This document shows, one piece after another, positions 42,079 through 52,148 of a DNA stretch of 62,199 nt; the stretch's first letter is position 1; each line of letters begins with the position of its first letter. Source of the DNA: Candidatus Bathyarchaeota archaeon (GTDB lineage: Archaea; Thermoproteota; Bathyarchaeia; TCS64). Where the stretch lies: NCBI GenBank assembly GCA_963771885.1, contig CAVYVF010000010.1, forward strand, positions 1 to 62,199, given 5' to 3'. The notes under the pieces were generated by a model, which had not been told where the DNA came from, made no database searches, and saw nothing but the letters and a program-made list of their open reading frames with translations. The position numbers were made by a program, and so were the translations under genes.

Positions 42079-42583
42079 ATGAAAGGAAAATGGCTGATAA
42101 TTGCCTTGGGAGTAGTGCTAGGCATAGGCATAGTGGTGCAGGGAGCGTTCGCAAGCCCAGGCGTCGGCTGGTGGAAAAACCACCCTGAATCCTGGCCAAC
42201 ATCCGGCGTGATCGTTCTCGGGGAAAATAGCTACGATCTTAGCGTTCCAACTGAGAAAGAAACCCTATCGAGGCCCGTCGGAGAAAAGGATGAATGACCC
42301 AATTTGGATGATTGGTCATGCGTCATGGCCAGGTAAATGTGTCGGATGCCACGGTGTTACCGAGTGGCATTTCTATGACGAGTTCACTCAGGGTAGATCA
42401 ATTCTGGCCGAGAAGATAGTTACTGCTCAATTCACTTTGCTTGAGGCAGGCATGGATTCATTCCCGGACTTCATTATGAATGCAAACGAAGTATACAAGG
42501 ATTCTCAGTCAACTAGAGCTGAACTGATTGCGCAAGCTAGCCTGGTAGAAACAGGGTTAAGGCAAGCACTGCAAACTCCCTAA
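42079..42583 (+). CDS. Secreted protein with a single CxxCH motif (putative c-type cytochrome); probably one gene split by a frameshift
   Basis: Signal peptide, GWWKNHP..WP motif, CVGCH; convergent with ccmF. Confidence 0.6.
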
Positions 42584-42600
42584 AATAATCCCCCTTTTTT

Positions 42601-44526
42601 CTATCCCCTATTTTTATTATTTGTTTTATAGGAATTAATAGCTGAGAAAATTGTTACACTGGAGCCAACTGCCATTAAGATTACTCCAAACCATAGTACC
42701 CAAATTAAAGGAACCTCTTTTCCTTGCACTCTTATATCCGACTCAAGTGTTTGCGTGGAGGAGTATTGCTGAATCAGGGTGTCTAATAGAGGCTCAGTAG
42801 GTGAAAGATATAGGTAGAGATCCCCGTATTCCGTGCTGATTATCGTGGGTTGGGCTACGAAACCAGTGTTGATGTAGAACCTTGCCAAGAAGCAACCTCA
42901 GTATAAGACCTCTCAAGATATGTCACCTGTAGCTTGACGTCAGCCTCAGAATACTCGGGAGCCTCAACCCCGAGTTCTCTTGAAAACACCCAATGTTGAC
43001 TAATCGAGGTATTATTTTCCAATAAGCTAACTGATAAGCCCTGTCTCGTAGTGCCTGGTTTCGAGTTGGAGAGGTCTAAAATAATCTCCTGCTGGCTCGA
43101 AGAACTCACGAAGACGCCTATCAGCGCCAATATCACTCCAAGGTGTATCACCTTCATCCCAAGAACTGGAACAACTGGCGCTCTAAGCGATTTCAACAGT
43201 CCCAATGACGCCGCTATGAAAGTCGCAGCCAAAGTCGGTAAGCCAAAGTCTGCGAGAACGTTGCCAGTTGGAAACTTGAGCAACAAACCTATGCCTCCAG
43301 CTGCAAGTAGAGAAAAGACCAACATCAGCAACCTCTTTTTACCTAATCCGTTGGCGCTACAGGCTGTTACTGAGAGTGCGAGCAGCTAAAACGAACGGAT
43401 ACATCAACAGATTATACGTAATGGTTGTGGTTTCAATGACGACTCCTGTGACCATTTTAATGACTAATGGGATAGCTAACTCCTAAAAGACAGACGAAAT
43501 ACATACCCGCAAGTGCAACCACACCCAGCCTGTTAGAGATGGATATAATATCCTCTATTTTTTGAGAGGGAAGAATCCTCTTCCCCTTCGCCAATAAAGC
43601 GAAATACAGCGTATACCCAAGTGCGAAGATGAGGAGTACGGGGCCGGCGGGAGAAAACGCGTAAGCGTGCACCGAGTTTAAAATTCCCCCACGCGTAAGA
43701 GCACTCAGAAATATCACGCCGTCAAAAGCAGCCAGCACCGCCACTTCTCCGAGAAGCCCATTATTTGAGCCTCTTCCGGACAAGTGCAAATACATCGTTA
43801 AGCCAAGCCAAGGCAAGAGGGAGGCAGTCTCAACAGGATCCCACGACCAATACCCACCCCACCCTAAAACCTGGTAAGCCCAGAGACCACCGGTAGCTAT
43901 ACCTATTGTGAATAAAGCCCAAGATGCGATAGACGTAATTTTAAGGAGCCTAGTATTCACCTGTTCCCCACTAATTTTACCTAGTATTAATGCGAAGGTG
44001 AGAATTAGAAACGTATAAGCCGTGAACACTATTGGGGGGTGACTGATCATCCACGGCGTTTGTAGTTGGGGGTTAAGCCCATAGCCTTCTGGCAACACCG
44101 ACGGCAGCCTACTGAAGGGGTTTCTAAAGAGGACAGTTGTGGCGAAGAAGGCGAAAAATATTCTCATGGAGTTGGCGGATACTGACCATTTATCCGGGAT
44201 TGATTCAATGTAGCCAATTGTAGCTAATCCTATTATTGCTGCGAGTAGGAGTAGGCTTCCACTGGACCCCGCCCAGCTTGCGAATAGCTTTGATAGAGAG
44301 GGAAAGACTCGAGGAGGAGTAGTTCGATACCTGATTCTAGGGTAAAATCGCTTCTTAGGAATGCTGCGAGAAAGATTGCGTAGTATACTAAGTAAAGCGT
44401 GAATCCTAGGGGAAGGGAATATTCCCTGATTAGTTTGGAATTTCTGAAGGGTTTTACTTTCATTGAAAGAAGATCTATTGCTAAAAGACCAATGCCTGTA
44501 AGTAACAAGATATTCTCGATATCCAA
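42601..44526 (-). CDS. ccmF: Cytochrome c biogenesis protein CcmF (several frameshifts)
   Basis: GLNPQLQ..WM..HPP, WAY..LGWGGYWSWDPVETASL, TRGG..SVHA, IHLG, PLIWVLWFG. Confidence 0.92.
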
Positions 44527-44726
44527 TCCTCGAACCCCACGCTGCTTGAAATTTCTCACATTAGTCGTTTAATATATGCTCTGAAGCAATCCTATCCAAG
44601 TAGGATCAATATTTTCGTACAAAGCAGATCTACATATGCACGCGTTGCGCGCGAGTATAGTGAGATGAGCCGCGTGCACGAGCTGTTATATAACACTCAG
44701 TAAAAGCTAAAATGAGATGAATTAAC

Positions 44727-45332
44727 ATGTCTAGCGTCCTCTTTGAGACCTGCTGGAACCAGAAGAATCGATACACGGGGATAAAGGAATACTATGACAT
44801 AGTCAAAGAGGTCTGTAAAGAAACAAGTAACGTAGAGTTGATTGGCTTATTCAGACCCAGAAATGAGCTCTGGAACTGGGCATACTTCATCGAAGTACAA
44901 CCACCTAATACAATGGGGACTTGGCAGAATATTAGCGATGAAATAGAGCGAAGATACCACGCTAAAAGAAATGATGTGCCGCAAAGTATAATGAGGTGGT
45001 ATTCAAACAACTTTTACAATAACAAACCTGAAAATTTGGGTGAATTAAAATATTTGCAGATTGAACTCGATGTCTGGGAAGGCATCGATATAGGTGTAAG
45101 GGAGTACTTCGATGCGCATGTGAAGGTATTCGATGGGCAGGAGGGCGTGTGGTATCAAGGAGCGTATCGCGTCTGGAATGATCCCTTTAACTGGGCTAAT
45201 TTTTATTGGTTCAGAGACTGGGGGCGAGCGCTCGCAATGTCTAATGCTTCATGGAGGGCGACCGGTCAACCCTATATACTGCCTATCATAAACGTTCGAA
45301 GTTATGAGAGATATAATCCAGAGCAAAATTAG
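44727..45332 (+). CDS. Uncharacterised Trp-rich two-domain protein, paralog 1
   Basis: E.CW.QK.RY.GI.EY / G.F.P.NE.W.W / ELDVWEG...G..EYFDAH / WNDPFNWA. Confidence 0.85.
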   Translation: MSSVLFETCWNQKNRYTGIKEYYDIVKEVCKETSNVELIGLFRPRNELWNWAYFIEVQPPNTMGTWQNISDEIERRYHAKRNDVPQSIMRWYSNNFYNNKPENLGELKYLQIELDVWEGIDIGVREYFDAHVKVFDGQEGVWYQGAYRVWNDPFNWANFYWFRDWGRALAMSNASWRATGQPYILPIINVRSYERYNPEQN

Positions 45333-45405
45333 CCGTGTATGTGCAATAATCTTATCCTAACTTCACACTATATCTATTATTTGTGAGGCTTGCGAGTGGA
45401 TAGTC

Positions 45406-45996
45406 TTGCGGTATCTTATTGAGTCATGTTGGAGCCAAAAAAAACGATACAAGGGGATTGCAGAGTACAGTCGATTGGTTGAGGAAGTTTGTAGCAGGAT
45501 GAAGGGAGCTGATTTCCTTGGCCTCTTTAATCCTCTCAACGAGTCTTGGCAGTGGGCTTTTTTTGTGGAGGTTGAAGGTCTTGAAGACTGGGAGACGATA
45601 TCAGACGAGATAAGTACCAGAAGCGTCGAGAGAGTCGACGACTTCACCGCGCATATTACACGATTTTACAGCAGAATAGATCATAATCCAAAGCCGAGGA
45701 ACCAGCGCCCCCTGAGACTCATTAATGTTGAACTCGATGTTTGGGACGGAATCAACGTCGGCATAAAAGAGTATCACGATGCCCACGTAAGGACATTCGA
45801 GGGGCAGAAAGACGTCTGGTACATGGGGCAGTACTCACCCGCTAATGAAGACTACACTTGGGCTCATTTTTACTGGTTTGACTCTTGGAAACGCGCGAAC
45901 GAAATGTCGATTGCTAGCTTCAGATCAATCAGCCGTCCCGAGAGGCTTCGAATACTCTGCACACGCAACTACCGACGATATGAGCCCAAGGTATAA
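45406..45996 (+). CDS. Uncharacterised Trp-rich two-domain protein, paralog 2
   Basis: Same motifs as 44727. Confidence 0.85.
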   Translation: MRYLIESCWSQKKRYKGIAEYSRLVEEVCSRMKGADFLGLFNPLNESWQWAFFVEVEGLEDWETISDEISTRSVERVDDFTAHITRFYSRIDHNPKPRNQRPLRLINVELDVWDGINVGIKEYHDAHVRTFEGQKDVWYMGQYSPANEDYTWAHFYWFDSWKRANEMSIASFRSISRPERLRILCTRNYRRYEPKV

Positions 45997-46114
45997 TCCT
46001 TGAGAATTTGCGTAAGGCGTTTAAAGACTCGGTAATAATTGATACTACCCATGTAGGAAAAAAACTACGTCCGTATTATAGGGTGCATCCAACAACTTCC
46101 GAGCGGGGACTCGT

Positions 46115-46715
46115 GTGCGTACCAGCTCTTCGATAGTAAAGTCGGTTAGATTAACCCCTGAATTGAACCATTATCTTGACGAAGAAGCGCGCCGTAGCAA
46201 CACCACCGTCTCTTCACTTGTTTCACAAATTATTTCCAGCCACAGAGATCGTTACTGTCACATCGATGGTCTACATTCGGTGTCGATGCTGCCCTCAACA
46301 CTCGCCAGTATATTATCACTCGTTGATGAAACCGAGTTAGTTAAACTGGCGCCCTCAATAGCATCTGGAGTTTTGCTGTTCAACACTCACTTACTCGGTG
46401 GCAAAAAAACCCCCGAAGGCCTACGAGTGGTGCATCACGAAGCTCATGCCTTCCCTTAACTGGTACAAGTGCTTCCCAACCAATGACGCGTATTTAATCG
46501 ATAACAACATTGGTGCGAAATGGAGCACATTCCTAATGAGTTTCTTGTCGAGTATGATTGAGTCTGAGACAGGTTCCAAGCTAAAAGTGAGCCGAGAAGG
46601 TGAGATGATCATCGTAGAAGCCGTCAATAAAGACAGGAAAAATGGGAAGAATGGATTGCTGTTGAACGGTAAGAATGGTTCAGCTCATTTTGGCCTACAA
46701 CAATCTTTGTATTAA
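46115..46715 (+). CDS. Ribbon-helix-helix DNA-binding protein (frameshifted)
   Basis: KSVRL...L..EARR.NTTVSSLVSQI; C-terminal NNIGAKWSTFL as in TACK RHH proteins. Confidence 0.7.
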
Positions 46716-46793
46716 TTGCAGTTATTATTTGAAATTAAGCTCGAGTTACTCATGCGTGGTTTTCAAATATGTGAAACAGCCCAGTAATAGTAA

Positions 46794-47401
46794 ATGGATC
46801 GTTTACTGGTCGAAGTCTGTTGGGATCAAAAAAAACGGTACTCAGATTTATCCGAATATAACCATTTGATCGGTAACGTAGCGGAGGAAATGGGGAATAT
46901 CAAGTATTTTGGGATATACAGACCTGTGAATGAGGTTTGGCAGTGGTCGTATATCGTTGAGATTGATGGCTATGAAAATTGGGAGAAATTTGAGGATACC
47001 CTTGATGATAGAGGTGGAGATATTCGAAAAAATATTACACATAACATGACGAGGGTATATGGAATACATTTACTAATCTAAGGGAAGTCGATCAGAGTGA
47101 GTTCGGTTATCTTCACTTTGACATATTTGATTGGGACGGGGTAAATATTGGGCTCAAAGAATTTTTCGATGCCTATCTCCAGGTTCTCGAAGATAAGAGA
47201 GACATTTGGCTAATGGGGTGTTATCAACCCTGGAATGAACCGCATAATTGGGTATTCATTTACCTTTTTAAAGATCTCAAAAATTTTGTAAATGTCAAAC
47301 AGGAGCTTTGGAGGGCAGTAGGCCGCCCATATCGCGCTTCAAAATTTTACATTAAAGAATATAGACGGTTTGAAAAGTCTCAGGCTTCATTAAGAGTCTA
47401 A
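46794..47401 (+). CDS. Uncharacterised Trp-rich two-domain protein, paralog 3 (frameshifted)
   Basis: EVCWDQKKRY, GIYRPVNEVWQW; second frame FDWDGVNIGLKEFFDAY..QPWNEPHNW. Confidence 0.82.
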
Positions 47402-47404
47402 TAG

Positions 47405-49423
47405 TTAAAGAGGCCAACGTCTGGAAACCCAGCGTCTCGGGTCAATTATCTCAAACTTGGAGATGTCGTTGTCTTTGATGCGCTCGTTTTCCTCGTTAGC
47501 GGTCATGCTTCCGGGTAGGCCTTTTATGTATCTTATGACGCCGAAAAAGCCTTCTCCGGTTATACTGTTTTTCTGGACGTCTAATTCGTCTGAGCCTACC
47601 TTTATGCCTGCTTGGCCATTCTCCAGGTGTATCTCGTTTCTATTAATTTTGCCGAGTAAATTTGATTTAATGTCTGATGATTGGGTGGAGTTTATGGCTA
47701 CAATGCCACAGTAATCAGCTTTTTTTAGCTGGATTTTGTTGCCATGTATGTCGATGTCGAAGCCGGGTCTATGGTGTAGAAATGAGGCTTGAACGAATAT
47801 GCCTGATCCTGATTCTATCCCCTTGAAGGGGTATGCGCCTGGGATCTCCGAGTAGATGATGTTGTCTGTGATGGATATTTTTGCGTCTTGGAAATTATCA
47901 ACCACACTTACACCCCGTGCGTTCATGTTTCGTATGATGTTACCCTTTATGTCTACACTGCATGAGAGGTTGTTGGCGTGTATACCGGTTCCTAGATATT
48001 GTTCGTAGCTTGTCTTTTGCGTTTGGTTGGTTCGTTCCTCATGCATATTTAGCTGGCCGCTTGTGCCCGCTTCATTTTGAGATTCAGCGAAGTCAAAGTA
48101 GTTGCCCTGTATTAAGACGCCGTGAGCGTAGTTTTTCACGGCCTCTGTTGGTTCGTAGGAGTCGAGCCATATGCCGAATAAAAAGTCCCCGAATTGGTGG
48201 TACTTCCACCCTCTACCGTAGCCGGTTTCGAGTGTGAATCTGTTATTTATCACCTTGAGGCTTCGGGCTCTGCTGCCGTTAATGCATGAGCAGTCAAAAT
48301 CTGTGAAGTGGATGTTTTCGATCAGGACATCTATGTCTTTGCCGTTAATCTCCAGAACGGAGTCGAATTTTGTCAAGGGGTATGACCAGCCTCTCTTATA
48401 GATCCTTGTATTCGGCTGTTCGGCTCCCTTCTCCCCACGTATTTTCACGCTTCTGGTGATGTTAATTGTTGAGGACCCGAGGTCAAATGTTCCTCTTAGA
48501 ATAAGGTCGTCGTAGTGGTCTACAGCGTATTGTAAGTTCTTGGAGTCTATTGGCGCGTTTTTCCCTTCGATGACGGCTACACCGTTTTCCAAGATGACTG
48601 GAGCAGTGTATGTTGTTTCCACTTGTTCTTCTCGCTCAGTAGGCTGTTTTGCGCCGGTTTTCCTCCAATAGTGGTTAAAGAGGTCACTACACCAGTTTAC
48701 TGAGCGTTGGTCCGACCCAGTGAAACCCTTGTAGTCAAAGCTTGCCCCTTTGGTCGGGAAGGCTATTGCGAATTTATTCTCGGATAGGAAGAGGAAGACG
48801 CCGCTCTCGTTGAGTGTCCTCTGCTCTGAGAGCCCGGTTCCCCTGGTTTTCATCAGCGTCTCGGCTTCCTCTAATGATTCGAGGTTCACACGGGGGCCGG
48901 AGAGTACCTCGCTCTGTTCGATGACCCTGAATTTTACCCCCCTCTTTAATCCGCCGACTATGGAGTCGAGTGATGTTAGGGGGTATTGGTCGACTTGGAG
49001 CCAGACTCTTTCCTTTGATTCCTTGATCAGTCGGTCGATGAGGTGGAGGAACTCCATAGTGTTGCCCACGTATCGGCTGCTCGAGAGATCGCCTAGCCTC
49101 TTTAGGAATTCCGGGTCTAGGTCGAGGACCGAGTGGTTGATGAAGTAGTCCCTATATTTTGAAACAAATTCGATTTCTTCGAGTAGCACGTGGATTAGTC
49201 TGCCGTAGTTGGTTAGATGGTGAAAGCCTTCCACATCCTTAGCTACTAACCCAGATTCTGCTAGTCTGGAAATGTGCCGGCTTATCTCCTGGGTCGTTAG
49301 GTCGAGCTTCTTGGAGACTTCTGTTATCTTCATCGGTTTTTCTTTTAGGAGAAGTAGGATGCTGTGCCTGTAGTCGTTAGAGACTTCGAATAAGGTTTCG
49401 TAGAATCTCTCCATCACAGCCAC
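47405..49423 (-). CDS. ArsR/DUF1724-type regulator fused to a parallel beta-helix-like domain
   Basis: LFEVSNDYR..QEISRH..WCSDLFNHYW, then LQYAVD..LILRGTFDLG and repeated I..N.I strands. Confidence 0.8.
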   Translation of the reverse strand: MAVMERFYETLFEVSNDYRHSILLLLKEKPMKITEVSKKLDLTTQEISRHISRLAESGLVAKDVEGFHHLTNYGRLIHVLLEEIEFVSKYRDYFINHSVLDLDPEFLKRLGDLSSSRYVGNTMEFLHLIDRLIKESKERVWLQVDQYPLTSLDSIVGGLKRGVKFRVIEQSEVLSGPRVNLESLEEAETLMKTRGTGLSEQRTLNESGVFLFLSENKFAIAFPTKGASFDYKGFTGSDQRSVNWCSDLFNHYWRKTGAKQPTEREEQVETTYTAPVILENGVAVIEGKNAPIDSKNLQYAVDHYDDLILRGTFDLGSSTINITRSVKIRGEKGAEQPNTRIYKRGWSYPLTKFDSVLEINGKDIDVLIENIHFTDFDCSCINGSRARSLKVINNRFTLETGYGRGWKYHQFGDFLFGIWLDSYEPTEAVKNYAHGVLIQGNYFDFAESQNEAGTSGQLNMHEERTNQTQKTSYEQYLGTGIHANNLSCSVDIKGNIIRNMNARGVSVVDNFQDAKISITDNIIYSEIPGAYPFKGIESGSGIFVQASFLHHRPGFDIDIHGNKIQLKKADYCGIVAINSTQSSDIKSNLLGKINRNEIHLENGQAGIKVGSDELDVQKNSITGEGFFGVIRYIKGLPGSMTANEENERIKDNDISKFEIIDPRRWVSRRWPL

Positions 49424-49541
49424 CCCAGAAACAACTGTGTTTATAAGAAAATAACATTAACTACTTGGCGTTACCAGTTTTGATGCCCTCAGAAATTTAT
49501 TATAGTTATAATTTATAGTATTTCTAGACAAGGCGACTGGC

Positions 49542-50123
49542 ATGGTAGTTTTAGTCGAATATCTATGGAGCCAGCGGAACAGATACGAGGGGATTAAGGA
49601 GTATCATGAATTATTCAGGGAAGTGTGTAAGGCACATAAGGCTACGCTACATGGGCTCTTGAAGCCATTAAACGAGCCCTGGCAGTGGGCGCACCTCATT
49701 GAAGCGGATACGATGGAGACTTGGCAGAATATTATCGATGTGATCGATGGCCGATGCCTGCATGAACGAGAGAATATTGTGCAAAATAATCTACGGATCT
49801 ATTCAAGGCGTGAGTATAATCCGAAGCCGAAGAACCTTAACAAGATGAGGTTCCTTAACGTTGAGCTCGACGTCTGGGAGGGTCTGGACGTCGGTATTAG
49901 GGAGTACTTCGACGCGCATGTTGACATGTTCAAAGGGCTCAATGGCATCTGGTTTATGGGTCAGTATGCGGTGTGGAATGACCCGTTTAACTGGGCTCAC
50001 TTTTATTGGTACGACACGCAGAAAAACTGGCGGGAAGCGAGCGAATTATGTTTCAGGGCTATGGGTCGACCCGAGAGAATTAGGACTTTTCTGGGGCGGA
50101 CCTATGAGCTTTATACTCCCTGA
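49542..50123 (+). CDS. Uncharacterised Trp-rich two-domain protein, paralog 4
   Basis: Same motifs as 44727; divergent from the fusion regulator. Confidence 0.85.
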   Translation: MVVLVEYLWSQRNRYEGIKEYHELFREVCKAHKATLHGLLKPLNEPWQWAHLIEADTMETWQNIIDVIDGRCLHERENIVQNNLRIYSRREYNPKPKNLNKMRFLNVELDVWEGLDVGIREYFDAHVDMFKGLNGIWFMGQYAVWNDPFNWAHFYWYDTQKNWREASELCFRAMGRPERIRTFLGRTYELYTP

Positions 50124-50242
50124 TAAAATGGGTAAAAATCTATAAAACTGGTTCCTCCGGGCACAGTATCAGTACTATCTGGGTAGGAAAAGGGTCACGC
50201 AGGGATTATCATGCCTCTGAGTCGAGGCAGACTCGAAGACAC

Positions 50243-50557
50243 TTGAGCCACTTAGACGTTGCAGATATCGAACGCGGCGTCTCAGTCGAGATGAAGCGGC
50301 GAGAACACGTAAAGTCAATGATGTTTTCCGATTCCGGCTACAGCGTCCTGTTCGAGGGAAACCTGGGTAGAATCCTCGACCTTTCAATGGCCGACCACAG
50401 CGTCCTCGAGCTGAGAGGGGAGAATGGTATCCTCAGGGTCGACCTTTCACTGAATGAGCTGGAGGAACTTGTGTCTAGGATACGCTCGGGTGGGCCTTCA
50501 AGCTCCAGGTTGGGGGAGCGAAAACAACCAACACAGGAGATGACGAAAGACGAGTAA
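50243..50557 (+). CDS. Small uncharacterised protein, family copy 4
   Basis: VSVEMK...VKSM..VLFEGNLG...SVLELRGENGILRVDL. Confidence 0.78.
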   Translation: MSHLDVADIERGVSVEMKRREHVKSMMFSDSGYSVLFEGNLGRILDLSMADHSVLELRGENGILRVDLSLNELEELVSRIRSGGPSSSRLGERKQPTQEMTKDE

Positions 50558-50594
50558 TATAAATAGAATCGAATGTGTAGGCGCACGCTTCGGC

Positions 50595-51848
50595 GTGAAG
50601 AATATGGCGGTTCTAGGCGCGCTTTTACTGCTAGTCGTGTCCTCTTTCCTCGCCCCGTTCTCATACGCAGCGAACTCCGACCGGATTATCCGAATTGGTG
50701 TAATAGCTCCATGGGGTGTTGCCGGAAAGAGCGAAGCTGATTGGGGATACGACTACCTCGACTACGACAGTGACCTCTACTCCAAGTTGATTGCACCTGA
50801 GCTGAACGCCTATCTGGCGAGAACCAGCCAGGGGATGCCTTTGAAGGTCGAGTTCGTTGTTAAGAGTGCGTACGACGGCTCAAACGAATACCACTTGTCA
50901 GCGTTACAGGAATTGCATGAGAGCGGTATCGACCTTGTCATCGGCGGGTATTGGAGTGGTCAGGCTGGATCAGCCCTTGATTACGTTAACGAGAATGGAA
51001 TGGTGCTACTAAGTCCCAGCTCTACGGATCCCAGCCTAGCAATCACCGGCGATGGCTTGTTTAGGATGGTTCCTACTGATACGGGCGTAGCAAACCCAAT
51101 CGCAGCGGTGCTGAATGAGAGAGGCATAACGAAGCTTGTCGTGATCCACTGCGACAATGGTTGGGCTAGCGGCGTAATCAACGCGGTGGATGCTGTATAT
51201 GATGGAGACATGACCGATCGCGTCGCCTATCCCGAATCACTTGACTACAACTCCGTGGACCCCGATTACACATCTTACCTCGCATTAGCAAACGGATATC
51301 TGACAGGTGATCCCGGTGAGGGCGTACTGCTGCTTAGCTACAATCCAAATTTTGTACTACAGCAAGCTGCTGATTATGACAACATCTACGGTGTTGAGTG
51401 GTTCGGTGCCGATGCCACAGCTCTTAACTCCTTCATCAGAGACACAGCCCTCGTCGAAGCCTCCAATGTAAAACTCTACAGTTCCATGGCCGCTATTGAT
51501 TCGGATACCATCTCCACTAAGGCGTTCAGGATCATGGAGACCAAATACAAGGCGATGTTCAAGGACACATTTGGCTACTATATGGCATGCGAAGTCGACG
51601 CCGGATGGCTGCTAACGTTAAGCGTACTAGAGGTTAGAAATCAGGAGCTAGAGGTGACGGGGGAAAACGTGAGAAGCGTCATCTCTGAGGTCGCCTCGAA
51701 CTACCATGGATATAGCGGAATCTGCGAACTCGATGCAGCGGGGGACCGTACACCTGGTAACTATAACGTATGGGGCTACGACGCGGCGGGGTATCACCTA
51801 TTCGCGACTTATGATTCAGCTTCTGATACCCTGAGCTGGCTCGGATGA
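50595..51848 (+). CDS. Branched-chain amino-acid-type (type 1) substrate-binding protein
   Basis: Signal peptide, IRIGVIAP, VIGGYWS, LLSPSST.P.LA, LFRMVPTD, G.SG...LDAAGDR. Confidence 0.88.
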   Translation: MKNMAVLGALLLLVVSSFLAPFSYAANSDRIIRIGVIAPWGVAGKSEADWGYDYLDYDSDLYSKLIAPELNAYLARTSQGMPLKVEFVVKSAYDGSNEYHLSALQELHESGIDLVIGGYWSGQAGSALDYVNENGMVLLSPSSTDPSLAITGDGLFRMVPTDTGVANPIAAVLNERGITKLVVIHCDNGWASGVINAVDAVYDGDMTDRVAYPESLDYNSVDPDYTSYLALANGYLTGDPGEGVLLLSYNPNFVLQQAADYDNIYGVEWFGADATALNSFIRDTALVEASNVKLYSSMAAIDSDTISTKAFRIMETKYKAMFKDTFGYYMACEVDAGWLLTLSVLEVRNQELEVTGENVRSVISEVASNYHGYSGICELDAAGDRTPGNYNVWGYDAAGYHLFATYDSASDTLSWLG

Positions 51849-52148
51849 CCAGTATGAAAAACAAGTGATTTCTATCTCTATTGGAGTCCACTCTAGATGC
51901 GCGCTTTTTTTAAAAAAAAAGCAACCATGAAGATGCCTGTATACTTGACATAATCTATTCACGATTCCGCGCGCGTCTTCCAGCTAAAGGTGGATGAGAG
52001 ATCAAAGAAGCCTGTCCGATACGAGCTGCGTCAACTATCTTCTACCTGATCGCGTCGTCGAAGGCTATTTTTTCGAAGCTTGGACACTACGCCACTTAGC
52101 TAATTATATCTCCCCTCGCACACAGACTTAACCAAAGAGGAACCAGCG

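Noticed and set aside
421..47401. Many frameshifts as programmed frameshifting or mass pseudogenisation
   Set aside because: They also hit conserved genes (rtcB, dph5, tatA), often at short homopolymers, with both halves otherwise intact; sequencing indels are the simpler explanation
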